64,000 nucleotides of DNA from Oscillospiraceae bacterium. GTDB lineage: Bacteria; Bacillota; Clostridia; Oscillospirales; JAKOTC01. Where the stretch lies: NCBI GenBank assembly GCA_035380125.1, contig DAOSWV010000009.1, positions 7,304-71,303 of the forward strand. The letters run 5' to 3'. Below the pieces are notes generated by a model. It had not been told where the DNA came from, searched no databases, and was given only the letters and a program-made list of their open reading frames with translations. The position numbers and the translations under genes were made by a program. Below, piece after piece: positions 18,533 to 27,839 of the stretch. Positions within the stretch are counted from its first letter, which is position 1, and each line of letters starts with the position of its first letter.

Positions 18533-19320
18533 TTTGCATCTCCGTTTCTTTTGTTATTCTTTATAAACTCCTTGCAAAACGCCTCATAGGCCATCGCTCC
18601 CCGTGAAAGCCGATCATAATACATAATCGGTTCACCGTAACTCGGCGCTTCCGAAACGCGGACGTTTCGCGGAATCGTGGTTGCATATACCTTTTTAGGA
18701 AAGTATTTCTTAATTTCCTCAACCACCTGCATGGTCAGATTCAACCGCCCGTCAAACATCGTCAGCAGAACGCCCTCGATATCAATGTTCTCGTTATAAC
18801 GGCGTTTGACCTGCCGAATCGTGTTCATCAGCTGCGAAAGACCTTCCAATGCAAAATATTCGCACTGAATCGGCACCAAAACGGTGTCTGCCGCACATAA
18901 ACCGTTCAGCGTCAGTAGTCCCAACGACGGCGGGCAATCAAAAAAGATATAATCAAAATTTTGGCGCTGCCCGGTGATCCCCAGTTTTAAACGACTCTCG
19001 CGGTTCTCGACCTCAACCAGTTCCACTTCCGCGCCCGCAAGCGCCATTCCCGCCGGAATCACACTGACACCCTTGAACTTCGTCTTAACGATGACGTCGG
19101 AAGCTGTACTCTCGCCGATGATCAAATCATACGAGCTGCCGGTCATATTTCTTTTTTCGATGCCGAATCCACTCGTCGAATTACCCTGTGGGTCAATGTC
19201 GCACAACAACACGCTGTATCCATGCGCCCCGAGCGCCGCCGCCAGGTTAACCGTAGTCGTCGTTTTACCCACGCCGCCCTTCTGGTTGGCGATTGCTATA
19301 ATTTTTCCCTTCTTTTCCAC
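18529..19320 (-). CDS. parA: Chromosome partitioning ATPase ParA/Soj
   Basis: Deviant Walker A motif IAIANQKGGVGKTTT. I prefer the GTG start at 19320 (RBS AAGAAGGA). ATG 19353 has no RBS, and the longest ORF (to 19446) would run through a parS site. Confidence 0.9.
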   Translation of the reverse strand: MEKKGKIIAIANQKGGVGKTTTTVNLAAALGAHGYSVLLCDIDPQGNSTSGFGIEKRNMTGSSYDLIIGESTASDVIVKTKFKGVSVIPAGMALAGAEVELVEVENRESRLKLGITGQRQNFDYIFFDCPPSLGLLTLNGLCAADTVLVPIQCEYFALEGLSQLMNTIRQVKRRYNENIDIEGVLLTMFDGRLNLTMQVVEEIKKYFPKKVYATTIPRNVRVSEAPSYGEPIMYYDRLSRGAMAYEAFCKEFIKNNKRNGDAK

Positions 19321-19419
19321 GCAGATACCGTCCTTCTTTTGGTATGGGGACATTTTATCATGTTTCGACAGTGTTTTCAATACGAAAACATATACTAATC
19401 TGTTTTGTCCATATAAAAA

Positions 19420-19435
19420 TGTTCCACGTGGAACA
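19420..19435. promoter_or_regulatory. parS site 1 (TGTTCCACGTGGAACA)
   Basis: Perfect 16-bp palindrome matching 15/16 of the Firmicute parS consensus TGTTNCACGTGAAACA. It sits about 100 nt upstream of soj. Confidence 0.85.
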
Positions 19436-19558
19436 ATTAAAAGCATACAACCAGCAGAAATAAAAAAACATGACGCTTCCTTTGTAAATCATATTAATAT
19501 AACCACCCCGCCCGCTGGTACCCGTCTACAGAGTGGAATTAAAGACCACACCCCGAAA

Positions 19559-19574
19559 TGTTCCACGTGGAACA
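19559..19574. promoter_or_regulatory. parS site 2, embedded in a 42-bp perfect palindrome (19546-19587)
   Basis: CCACACCCCGAAATGTTCCAC|GTGGAACATTTCGGGGTGTGG. Confidence 0.85.
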
Positions 19575-19654
19575 TTTCGGGGTGTGGCATACAGCAAAGA
19601 ACTCAATGGTTGATTATATCAATTGTCTTTGATTGAATAACTTTTCATTCAAAT

Positions 19655-19670
19655 TGTTCCACGTGGAACA
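19655..19670. promoter_or_regulatory. parS site 3 (TGTTCCACGTGGAACA)
   Basis: An identical 16-mer lying 1 nt beyond the noc stop codon. Confidence 0.85.
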
Positions 19671-19671
19671 T

Positions 19672-20436
19672 TTAACTCTTTTTTACCCAGATCATATATT
19701 CAACCCGGTCTTCGAATTCGTTCATCGAAAATCGGGATTCGATACCGCACTTATTCAGGGAACTCACCGCGCTCTTGATAGAATTGTTGAATAATCTTAA
19801 ATCTTTGGGCGCGCCTCGGATGATTCGTTTCGGGTGTTCGACATTTAACCGTTCGATCAGTTCTTCTGTTTGTGCCACATTAAGACCGTGTTCGATGATC
19901 TGGTTCAGAACTTTTTGTCTTAATTCCGGTTCGACGCATAACAGCGCACGCGCATGTCGTTCAGTCAACCCCGCAGATAGGATTCTTGAACGGATGCTCT
20001 CTTCCAACAACAACACCCGCATCTTATTTGCGATCGTTGGCTGGGTCTTCCCCAGCAGCCGTCCGGCGTCCGCTTGTGAGATACCGGCATGTTCGATCAG
20101 AGAACGAATTCCTTCGGCTTCTTCGAAAAAATTCAGATCTTCGCGCTGTAGGTTTTCCAGCATTGCCATCACGCCGCTGCCGACTTCGTCGGTGTCGACC
20201 AACATGCAGGGAATCTTTCCGATGCCCGCCAATTTTGAAGCACGCAGTCGGCGTTCTCCGGCAATCAATACATATCCCTGCTGTGTCTTTCGTACCGAGA
20301 TCGGTTGTATAACACCGTGTTGTGAGATACTCTCGGCTAAATTACGTAATTTTTCGGAATCAAATTTCCTTCTGGGTTGCAACGGATTCGGTGAAATCTT
20401 ATAGGTCTCGATCATCGCATATCTCTGTTTTTGCAT
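19672..20436 (-). CDS. noc: ParB-family nucleoid occlusion protein (Noc-like)
   Basis: ParB N-terminal motifs (NPLQPRR, IQPISV, LIAGERRLRAS). It holds the canonical Firmicute position between rsmG and soj. Start is ATG 20436 behind AAAAGGGGGA. Confidence 0.75.
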   Translation of the reverse strand: MQKQRYAMIETYKISPNPLQPRRKFDSEKLRNLAESISQHGVIQPISVRKTQQGYVLIAGERRLRASKLAGIGKIPCMLVDTDEVGSGVMAMLENLQREDLNFFEEAEGIRSLIEHAGISQADAGRLLGKTQPTIANKMRVLLLEESIRSRILSAGLTERHARALLCVEPELRQKVLNQIIEHGLNVAQTEELIERLNVEHPKRIIRGAPKDLRLFNNSIKSAVSSLNKCGIESRFSMNEFEDRVEYMIWVKKS

Positions 20437-20530
20437 AATAATCCCCCTTTTCAAGAATAAATCTTAAAAAGAGGGTTGTCCACTCATTTCATGCGACACT
20501 TTTCGTCCATTTCCGGTTTTGTTCGGGGTT

Positions 20531-21220
20531 TTAAAGCGGTTTTTTTGAAATCTTTGCGCCGATGCGGGGGTAATTTGTCGGTGTACGCGATATTTTCTCT
20601 AACAGAATAATACCGCGACGGCTCCCGTCGGGTAAAGCAAATTCTTTAGTTTCTTTAATTTTGCCGCCGAGAATTTTGATCGCGTTTTGTGCGCCGTTGA
20701 GTTCTTCCTGCCAATTTGAGCCCTTCATGGCCGCGAATGTGCCGCCCGTTTTGACGAACGGCATGCAGTATTCGCACAGGACGTTACATTCGGCGACCGC
20801 TCTTGCACAGACCAAATCATACTTTTCGCGGTATTCTTGTTTGTTGCCGAGATCCTCCGCCCGACCCAAAATGATATTTCCTTTTATTTCCATTTCTTGG
20901 CAAAGCAATTCAAGAAACTTCGCTTTCTTTCCGTTGCTGTCCATCAGTGAAAGTTCGATGTCCGGACGAAACAGTTTTAAGACCACACCCGGAAATCCCG
21001 CGCCGCTGCCGATGTCCAAAACGTTTCCTTTGACCTCGGTCGCCAATAATAATGTAATTGAATCGATAAAATGTTTGACCTCGATATCCTCCGGGGTCTT
21101 GATGGCCGTCAGGTTGACTTTTTGGTTGTAGTCGATCAGAAAATCCGCATAATGATGCAGTTTTTCGTCGATTTGCGGGGTGTATTCTATGCTGTGTTCG
21201 GCGCAATATTTTTCAATCAT
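20531..21220 (-). CDS. rsmG: 16S rRNA (guanine527-N7)-methyltransferase RsmG (GidB)
   Basis: SAM-binding motif DIGSGAGFPG. Size and position downstream of mnmG fit, with an 8-nt overlap. Confidence 0.9.
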   Translation of the reverse strand: MIEKYCAEHSIEYTPQIDEKLHHYADFLIDYNQKVNLTAIKTPEDIEVKHFIDSITLLLATEVKGNVLDIGSGAGFPGVVLKLFRPDIELSLMDSNGKKAKFLELLCQEMEIKGNIILGRAEDLGNKQEYREKYDLVCARAVAECNVLCEYCMPFVKTGGTFAAMKGSNWQEELNGAQNAIKILGGKIKETKEFALPDGSRRGIILLEKISRTPTNYPRIGAKISKKPL

Positions 21221-23108
21221 CCGCTTTTTCCTCCTTGCTGCGTTTGGTCAGCCAGACCGACAGCACCGCCAGATCGGCGGGTGTCACGCCGGAGATGCGC
21301 GAGGCCTGACCGAGGTCGCGGGGTCTGATTTTATTCAGCTTTTCGCGGGCTTCGAGCCGCAGCCCGTCGACTGTTTTATAATCGACATCGAGCGGCAGTT
21401 TTTTGACCGCGATGCGGCGCAGTTCGTCGATGCGCTCCTGCTGGATGCGGATATAGCCCTCATATTTATATTCAATATCGATTTCGGTTCCGATATCGGC
21501 GGGCAGATCGGGTCGGGTCGGGTCGAACGGCGCAAGGTCGGCATAGGAGATCTGCGGGCGTTTCAACATTTCCGACAGCCGGATTCCGCCCGTGAGCGGT
21601 AATGAACCGGTCTGTTCGAGCAAAGCGTTCAATTCGGGGCTGTTTTTGATCGTGGTCTCTTTAACCCGTTTTCTTTCGGCTTCGAGCTGCGCCTTTTTGG
21701 TTAAAAACCGCTCCCAGCGCCCATCATCGACTAAACCGAGTTCGCGGCCATGCGGCATCATACGCAGATCGGCGTTGTCCTGCCGCACCACAAGTCTGTA
21801 TTCGCAGCGCGAAGTCATCATGCGGTAGGGATCGACGACGCCTTTGGTCACGATGTCGTCGATCAATGTGCCGATATAACTGTTTTCGCGGGTCAGAATA
21901 AATTCGGGCCTGCCCAAAACTTTATGCGCCGCATTGACCCCTGCGACAAAGCCCTGCACCGCCGCTTCCTCGTAGCCGCTCGTGCCGTTAAACTGTCCCG
22001 CGCCGAAAATGCCGAGGAATTCTTTAAATTCCAGTGTCGGGGCCAGTTGAAGCGGATCGCAGCAATCGTATTCGATGGCATAAGCCGTTCGCATAATTTT
22101 AATATTTTCAAACCCTTTGATGGTTCGCAAAAATTCGAGTTGGACTTCTTCGGGCAGCGACGAGGACATGCCCTGAATATAGACCTCTTTGCTGTCGGCA
22201 CCGGTCGGCTCGATGAAAATTTGATGGCGGGTCTTGTCTGCAAATCGCACGACCTTGTCCTCGATGCTCGGGCAATAGCGCGGACCGATCCCCTCGATCA
22301 CACCTGCGAACAGCGGTGAGCGATCGAGGTTTTTGCGGATGACCTCATGCGTTTTTTCGTTTGTCCATGCGATATAACAGGGATAATCGTTTCGCAGGGT
22401 CGCGGGATCGGTGTCATAGGAAAAGGCCTCGGGCGGAATATCGCCCTGCTGCCGTTCCAAAACGCTGTAATCGATGCTGTTTCCGTCGGCTCTGGATGGC
22501 GTTCCCGTTTTAAAGCGCATCAGTTTAATGCCGAGGGCTTTCAAAGAATCGGAGAGTCCGTTGGCCGCGCGCGTGTTGTCCGGTCCGGCCTCGTAATTGA
22601 CCTCCCCGATGTGGATTTTTCCTTTTAAATAGGTGCCGGATGCAATGACGACCGATTTGGTATGATATCTCGCGCCGAGAGCGGTTTTGACGATAATATT
22701 GTTCTCTTCATCATATTCGACGGCGATAATTTCGGCTTGAACCAGCTGAAGGTGCGGTTGGTTCTCGATGATTTTCTTCATCACGGTTTTATAGCGCGGA
22801 CGGTCGCTCTGCATGCGCAAACTGCGCACCGCAGGCCCTTTTCCGAGATTCAGCATGCGGCTTTGCAAGCAGACCTCGTCGGCGGATTTGCCCATTTGGC
22901 CGCCCAAAGCGTCGAGTTCGCGCACCAGCTGGCCTTTGCCCGTGCCGCCGATCGACGGATTGCAGGGCATGTTGGCCACCGCGTCGAGATTCAGGGTGAA
23001 CAAAATCGTCTCGCAGCCGAGTCGTGCCGCCGCGAGCGCCGCTTCGATGCCGGCATGTCCCGCACCGACCACCGCAATATCAATTTTTCCGGCGTTGTAT
23101 TCGATCAT
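21213..23108 (-). CDS. mnmG: tRNA uridine 5-carboxymethylaminomethyl modification enzyme MnmG (GidA)
   Basis: FAD-binding motif DIAVVGAGHAGIEAA and a full-length GidA layout. Start is ATG 23108 behind GAAAGGA. Confidence 0.95.
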   Translation of the reverse strand: MIEYNAGKIDIAVVGAGHAGIEAALAAARLGCETILFTLNLDAVANMPCNPSIGGTGKGQLVRELDALGGQMGKSADEVCLQSRMLNLGKGPAVRSLRMQSDRPRYKTVMKKIIENQPHLQLVQAEIIAVEYDEENNIIVKTALGARYHTKSVVIASGTYLKGKIHIGEVNYEAGPDNTRAANGLSDSLKALGIKLMRFKTGTPSRADGNSIDYSVLERQQGDIPPEAFSYDTDPATLRNDYPCYIAWTNEKTHEVIRKNLDRSPLFAGVIEGIGPRYCPSIEDKVVRFADKTRHQIFIEPTGADSKEVYIQGMSSSLPEEVQLEFLRTIKGFENIKIMRTAYAIEYDCCDPLQLAPTLEFKEFLGIFGAGQFNGTSGYEEAAVQGFVAGVNAAHKVLGRPEFILTRENSYIGTLIDDIVTKGVVDPYRMMTSRCEYRLVVRQDNADLRMMPHGRELGLVDDGRWERFLTKKAQLEAERKRVKETTIKNSPELNALLEQTGSLPLTGGIRLSEMLKRPQISYADLAPFDPTRPDLPADIGTEIDIEYKYEGYIRIQQERIDELRRIAVKKLPLDVDYKTVDGLRLEAREKLNKIRPRDLGQASRISGVTPADLAVLSVWLTKRSKEEKADD

Positions 23109-23148
23109 GTAATGTCCTTTCGAGGTAAAACGTTTGTTATTTGGTGTA

Positions 23149-23600
23149 AGGGCGGATATCATCCGCTTCCTACAAGGAAAACGACCACCCCGTCACGGCT
23201 TCGCCGTGCCACCCCTCCACAGAGGGGAATTTTTGTTAATTCCATTGGGTTGCCTCTAAGGTTGAATCACGGGCGGATTATATCCGCCCCTACAAGGAAA
23301 TGACCACCCCGTCACGGCTCCTCCGTGCCACCCCAAAGGTGTCAAAGCCGCCCATAGGGCGGTATAGCGACACCATTATAGAGGGGAATTTATTGACGCG
23401 TGCTATCGGGTTTATGGTTCGCAGGTTCTATGACGCGTTTGAAACCGCCATCATGGCGGCGCGTATTGACAGCGGCGTCTCGCCGCCGGGCGGATATTAT
23501 CCGCCCCTACAGAAAAATACCGGGGTCGGAAGCGCGCGCTATGTGGCTTATGGGCAGATGATTCTATGACGCGTTTGACCGCGGGTTCTACCCGCCCCTA
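23149..23600. repeat. Mosaic REP/BIME-like repeat cluster filling the mnmG-mnmE spacer
   Basis: Hairpins at 23149-23167, 23271-23289, 23488-23506 and 23581-23595, each followed by CCTAC or CCCTAC. Short (23183-23235) and long (23302-23395) copies of the two-hairpin module. Two copies of a GCGCG.TAT.GG.TTA.G...TTCTATGACGCGTTTGA module. Confidence 0.75.
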
Positions 23601-23606
23601 CATTGT

Positions 23607-24959
23607 TTACTTTCCTAAACAGAAACGCGAAAAAATCTCGTCAATCAGCGTTTCGGGGACGTTTTCGCCGGTCAGTTCGCACAGCGCCGCAATTGCGGCT
23701 TCGATGCCGATTTGGGATGCGTCGGCGGTGATGCCCGCCTTGATATCCGATAAGGTGTTTTCGATTTCGGTTTTCGCCCGAATCAAACAGTCGCGCTGGC
23801 GCGTGTTGAAAATGCCGGTCTGCGGCTCCGATGCGCCGACAACGCTTTTGATCGCCTCTTCGAGCGTTTTGACCGCGTTTTCGTCGAATGCGCTGATATT
23901 GACAACCTTTTGAAAGGCATTTTCAAGCTGTTTTTGTTCGATGATCTGCGGAAGGTCGTTTTTATTGACCACACACAACACAGGCAGGTCTTTGCACAAT
24001 GCGATGACCTCGCGATCGCGGTCGTCCAGTTTTTGTGCGCCGTCGAAAACCGCCAATACCAACTGTGCTTCGGCAAGTTCCTGTTTGGTCTTTTCGATGC
24101 CGAGCTGTTCGATCTCATCGCCGCTCTCACGAATTCCCGCGGTATCAGCCAGATTCAATAAAACACTGCCGAGTCGTACGCTCTCTGTGATCACGTCGCG
24201 GGTCGTGCCCTCGGTCGCCGTTACCAGACAGCGCGGGCAGCCGGCCAGCAGATTCATAATGGCGGATTTGCCGACGTTGGGTTTTCCGGCGATGACGGTC
24301 TTCAAGCCCTCGCGCCAGACCCTGCCGTTATCGAAATTTTTGATTAGTTCATTGCATTTTGTGATTGCCGAAGCAAGTTTTTTATCGACGCCGTCCGGTT
24401 CCGGAACATCGTCGTCGGGATATTCTAAAAAAGCTGCGACATCCGCCGCCGCGCTGATGCAGTCGGCTTTGATCGCATCCAATTTCTTTGCCAGCATGCC
24501 GTCTTTGGCGGCTTTGGCTTCCTTTAAAGCCGATTCGCCCGCCGCATAGATCAAATTCATTACGCTTTCGGCCTGTGTGAGCGAGAGTTTTCCGTTTTCA
24601 AACGCCCTGCGGGTGAATTCGCCGGGCTGCGCGGGTTTTGCGCCCGCTTCAAGCGCGGATTTCAGCACTTTCTGCGCCAAAAACACGCCGCCGTGGCAGC
24701 AGAGTTCGGCCACGTCTTCACCCGTGTAACTATGGGGCTGTTTATAAATGATCGCTACGCCGTCATCGAAGGTTTCTCCGTTTTCGGTAAATCGGCCGTA
24801 AGCGGCGCTGTAACCGCTGAGTTCGTTCAACGGCTTTGCTGCGGACAAGAAAATTTTCTGAGCCATTTCGATAGCATTTTCGCCCGAAATTCGGATCATG
24901 GCTATGCCGCCGGCTGCGAGCGGTGTGGATATCGCCGCAATTGTGCTGTTTTTGCTCAC
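23607..24959 (-). CDS. mnmE: tRNA modification GTPase MnmE (TrmE)
   Basis: G1 motif GKPNVGKS, G3 motif DTAG, NKND, and the C-terminal ...FCLGK. GTG start behind AAGGAGG. Confidence 0.95.
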   Translation of the reverse strand: MSKNSTIAAISTPLAAGGIAMIRISGENAIEMAQKIFLSAAKPLNELSGYSAAYGRFTENGETFDDGVAIIYKQPHSYTGEDVAELCCHGGVFLAQKVLKSALEAGAKPAQPGEFTRRAFENGKLSLTQAESVMNLIYAAGESALKEAKAAKDGMLAKKLDAIKADCISAAADVAAFLEYPDDDVPEPDGVDKKLASAITKCNELIKNFDNGRVWREGLKTVIAGKPNVGKSAIMNLLAGCPRCLVTATEGTTRDVITESVRLGSVLLNLADTAGIRESGDEIEQLGIEKTKQELAEAQLVLAVFDGAQKLDDRDREVIALCKDLPVLCVVNKNDLPQIIEQKQLENAFQKVVNISAFDENAVKTLEEAIKSVVGASEPQTGIFNTRQRDCLIRAKTEIENTLSDIKAGITADASQIGIEAAIAALCELTGENVPETLIDEIFSRFCLGK

Positions 24960-25250
24960 CGTCCCGCCTCCTTGTCCGTTTTTGCGATCTTTGTGGGTGA
25001 TTCGGGGACGATTCGACCCCGAATCGTCTTGAATCGCTCAAAAATTATACCGTTTGTATTGCAGATTGTCAATTCCCCTGCCGTTTGGGAAATCGGTTTC
25101 CGTTTTACAAAGACCGCGTCTGTTAACACAACTCTTTCGCATTACCGATCTTAAACCGTTTGTTCTTGATTTTACCGCTCTTTTTGATTGCAATAGATAA
25201 TTTGCTGTGATAAAATAAAGATTGTCTAAAAATGTTCTTCGGAGGTATTC

Positions 25251-26729
25251 ATGTCCAAAAAAGTTCTCGCGTTCGATTTCGGCGCATCAAGCGGAAGGGC
25301 TGTCATCGGTTCTCTGGTCGACGGAAAAATTACGCTTGAAGAAATCCATCGGTTTTCGAATGACCCGGTCACCGTAAACGGCACGCTTTATTGGGATTTT
25401 TTGCGGCTCTATCACGAAATTCTGAAAGGGATTTCAAAGGCTGTCATCGGCGGTCACAACTTTGTCTCGCTCGGTATCGACACCTGGGGCGTCGATTTCG
25501 GTCTGCTTGACAAAGACGGAAAACTGCTTGAAAACGTGGTGCATTACCGCGACACCCGCACCGACGGCATTCCCGACCGGGTTTTTGCCGTTACCGGCAA
25601 AAAAGACCTCTATGACCGCACCGGTATCCAGTTTATGTGGTTCAACACGATCTTTCAGCTCTATTCGATTGCCAAAAAACGACCGGAACTGCTCAAACAC
25701 GCTAAAACGTTTTTATTGGTCCCCGATCTGCTGTGTTATTTCCTGACCGGAAACATGACCAACGAATTCACCATGGCGTCCACTTCGCAGCTGCTGAATT
25801 CTAAAACCGGCGACTGGGATAAGGAACTGATGAAAAAGCTGGGGATTCCGGCTGATATATTCGCGCCGCTGGTCGAACCCGGCACCTCGAAAGGCGTTTT
25901 GAATGAGGACGTCTGCGGTCAGACCGGCTGCAAACCCGTCAAGGTCTGCGCGGTGGCCGAACATGACACCGGTTCGGCAGTGCTTGCTGTCCCCGCCGCA
26001 AAGGACGAAAAATTCGCCTTTATCTCCTGCGGCACCTGGTCACTGCTCGGCGCCGAACTGCCCAAGCCGCTGATTTCCGACGACACCTATAAACTCAATT
26101 ATTCCAATGAGGGCGGCGTCAACCGCACCGCCCGTTTCCTGAAAAATATCATGGGCCTATGGCTGATGCAGGAATGCCGCAACCAATGGAACCGCGAAGG
26201 AAAGAATCTGTCATTTAAAGATATCGACACCTACACCGTCTTGGCAGAACCGCTGCGCCGCTTTGTCAACCCCGACGACGAGATGTTCAAGACCCCCGGT
26301 GATATGCCCGCCAGAATTAAACAATACTGCGAGCGTACCGGTCAGCCGTTGCCCGAGGGTATCGGTGACTATTCCCGCTGCATCACAGAATCGTTGGCTC
26401 TGGCTTACCGATATGCTATTACGAATCTCGAAAAACTGCTGGGATATAGGCTCGACGTGATTCACCTGGTCGGCGGCGGCGTCAAGGATAAGCTGCTGTG
26501 CCAGTTCGCCGCAAACGCCATCGGAAGACCCGTCGTCGCCGGCCCGATTGAGGCCACCGGCATCGGAAATGTCTGCATGCAGTTGATCGCCGAGGGCGAA
26601 TTCACAGACGTTCATGAAGCGCGCGAGTGCATCGCCCGCTCGTTCGACGTCACCACCTATGAACCTGCCGACACAGCCGTCTGGGATGAGGCCTACAATC
26701 GCTTTTTGGACGTCTGCGGATTGGAATAA
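25251..26729 (+). CDS. rhaB: Rhamnulokinase (FGGY family)
   Basis: N-terminal AFDFGASSGRA and an overall FGGY layout of 492 aa. It sits in an operon with rhaA and rhaEW. Confidence 0.88.
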   Translation: MSKKVLAFDFGASSGRAVIGSLVDGKITLEEIHRFSNDPVTVNGTLYWDFLRLYHEILKGISKAVIGGHNFVSLGIDTWGVDFGLLDKDGKLLENVVHYRDTRTDGIPDRVFAVTGKKDLYDRTGIQFMWFNTIFQLYSIAKKRPELLKHAKTFLLVPDLLCYFLTGNMTNEFTMASTSQLLNSKTGDWDKELMKKLGIPADIFAPLVEPGTSKGVLNEDVCGQTGCKPVKVCAVAEHDTGSAVLAVPAAKDEKFAFISCGTWSLLGAELPKPLISDDTYKLNYSNEGGVNRTARFLKNIMGLWLMQECRNQWNREGKNLSFKDIDTYTVLAEPLRRFVNPDDEMFKTPGDMPARIKQYCERTGQPLPEGIGDYSRCITESLALAYRYAITNLEKLLGYRLDVIHLVGGGVKDKLLCQFAANAIGRPVVAGPIEATGIGNVCMQLIAEGEFTDVHEARECIARSFDVTTYEPADTAVWDEAYNRFLDVCGLE

Positions 26730-26773
26730 AAAGCCCCATAAACTTTATCTGCTGCGAAAGGAAGACATTCTTC

Positions 26774-27790
26774 ATGAAAAAATTCACCGTCGCCCGTAAT
26801 GACAACTTCTATCAGGCGTTCCCGGACGTCACCCTTTTCGGCAACACGCTTTACTGCGTCTTTACCCGTACAACCCACCACGGCGACCGCACCGATTCCC
26901 GCATCATGCTGACCACGAGCGTTGACCGCGGTCAGAGCTGGAGCGAACCGGAAGTGTTGCTCGGTGAAGGCGATCATGAAATCAAAGATGGATTTTTTAA
27001 CTGCGCCCGTATCTCGATCGTCAACGGCGAACTGGCGGTCATTTCCGACCGGATCTATGGCCGCGAATCCGAAGATAAAGCGGAAAATTATATCCTGTTC
27101 TCCAAAGACGGCAAAAAATGGACCAAACCCCATAACACCGGCTGTCAAGGCATCGTGCCGGATAAACTGCTCGAATACAAAGGAACCGTTCTGCTTTCCG
27201 CTCAGCGCAAAATCGACGGGTATTCGCGCCAGTTTTTGTGGATCAGCAAAGACGGCTGTAAAACCTGGGGTGACCGCATTACGTTGGGCTGGGTTGACGG
27301 GCTGAATCTTTGTGAGGTCTCGATTCTGCCGTTGGGCGACGATCTCGTCGCCTTTATGCGCGAAAACTCCGGCCTCGGCTATGACTGTCAGAAAGCTGTC
27401 TCCCATGACGGCGGCAAGACCTGGGGTAAGGTCAGCTGCTTCCCGCTGCCCGGCTGCCACCGCCCCGTCAGCGGCGTTTTGAACAGCGGAAATATTTTGA
27501 TTACCCACCGCTTTATGCAGGGCGGCAAGGGTTGGGTCGGTTTCTGGACTCAAAACTTCTTCGCGGGCCTGACCAACAAAGAATCCGCGCTGGCCGAGGA
27601 ACGCAATCAATGCGCCACCCGCATTATGCCGATCGACTATGACCGCAGCGCGGTTGCCGACATCGGTTACTCGGGCTGGGTACAGTTCCCCGACGGCGAA
27701 ATCGTCATCATTTACTACCTCGTGGACGACGCGCCGAAAGGTCAGATCCGGGGCTGCTCGCTCTTTGAACACGAATTTTTGATCCAATAA
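26774..27790 (+). CDS. BNR/Asp-box six-bladed beta-propeller protein (sialidase-like fold), copy A, no signal peptide
   Basis: Asp-box repeats SVDRGQSW, SKDGKKW, SKDGCKTW and SHDGGKTW. 338 aa. Confidence 0.75.
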   Translation: MKKFTVARNDNFYQAFPDVTLFGNTLYCVFTRTTHHGDRTDSRIMLTTSVDRGQSWSEPEVLLGEGDHEIKDGFFNCARISIVNGELAVISDRIYGRESEDKAENYILFSKDGKKWTKPHNTGCQGIVPDKLLEYKGTVLLSAQRKIDGYSRQFLWISKDGCKTWGDRITLGWVDGLNLCEVSILPLGDDLVAFMRENSGLGYDCQKAVSHDGGKTWGKVSCFPLPGCHRPVSGVLNSGNILITHRFMQGGKGWVGFWTQNFFAGLTNKESALAEERNQCATRIMPIDYDRSAVADIGYSGWVQFPDGEIVIIYYLVDDAPKGQIRGCSLFEHEFLIQ

Positions 27791-27839
27791 CCGAACGATT
27801 AAGGATTAAAATAACAGCTGCGAAAGGAAGTCATTCACC

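Noticed and set aside
18529-19446. Longest ParA/Soj ORF (305 aa) starting at 19446
   Set aside because: The 5' extension would be translated through parS site 1 and has no RBS. The Walker A motif begins right after GTG 19320, which has an RBS.
23300-23569. ORFs inside repeat clusters (23300-23569, 23566-23913 5' part, 40515-40745, 40668-40919, 59719-60045, 59963-60181, 60030-60236, 60886-61089)
   Set aside because: Their peptides (…GRIISAPT…, …GGYHPP…, …RADDIRPY…) are just translations of REP hairpins and repeat modules. They have no RBS, and they change frame and strand from copy to copy.
24960-25250. mnmE-rhaB divergent spacer as oriC, since the strand switch occurs here
   Set aside because: There are no convincing DnaA boxes (the best is TGTGGGTGA, 7/9) and no marked AT-rich unwinding tract. 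It contains an alternative-hairpin region (TTCGGGG…CCCCGAA / GACGATTC…GAATCGTC), more likely part of the mnmE or rhaB leaders.
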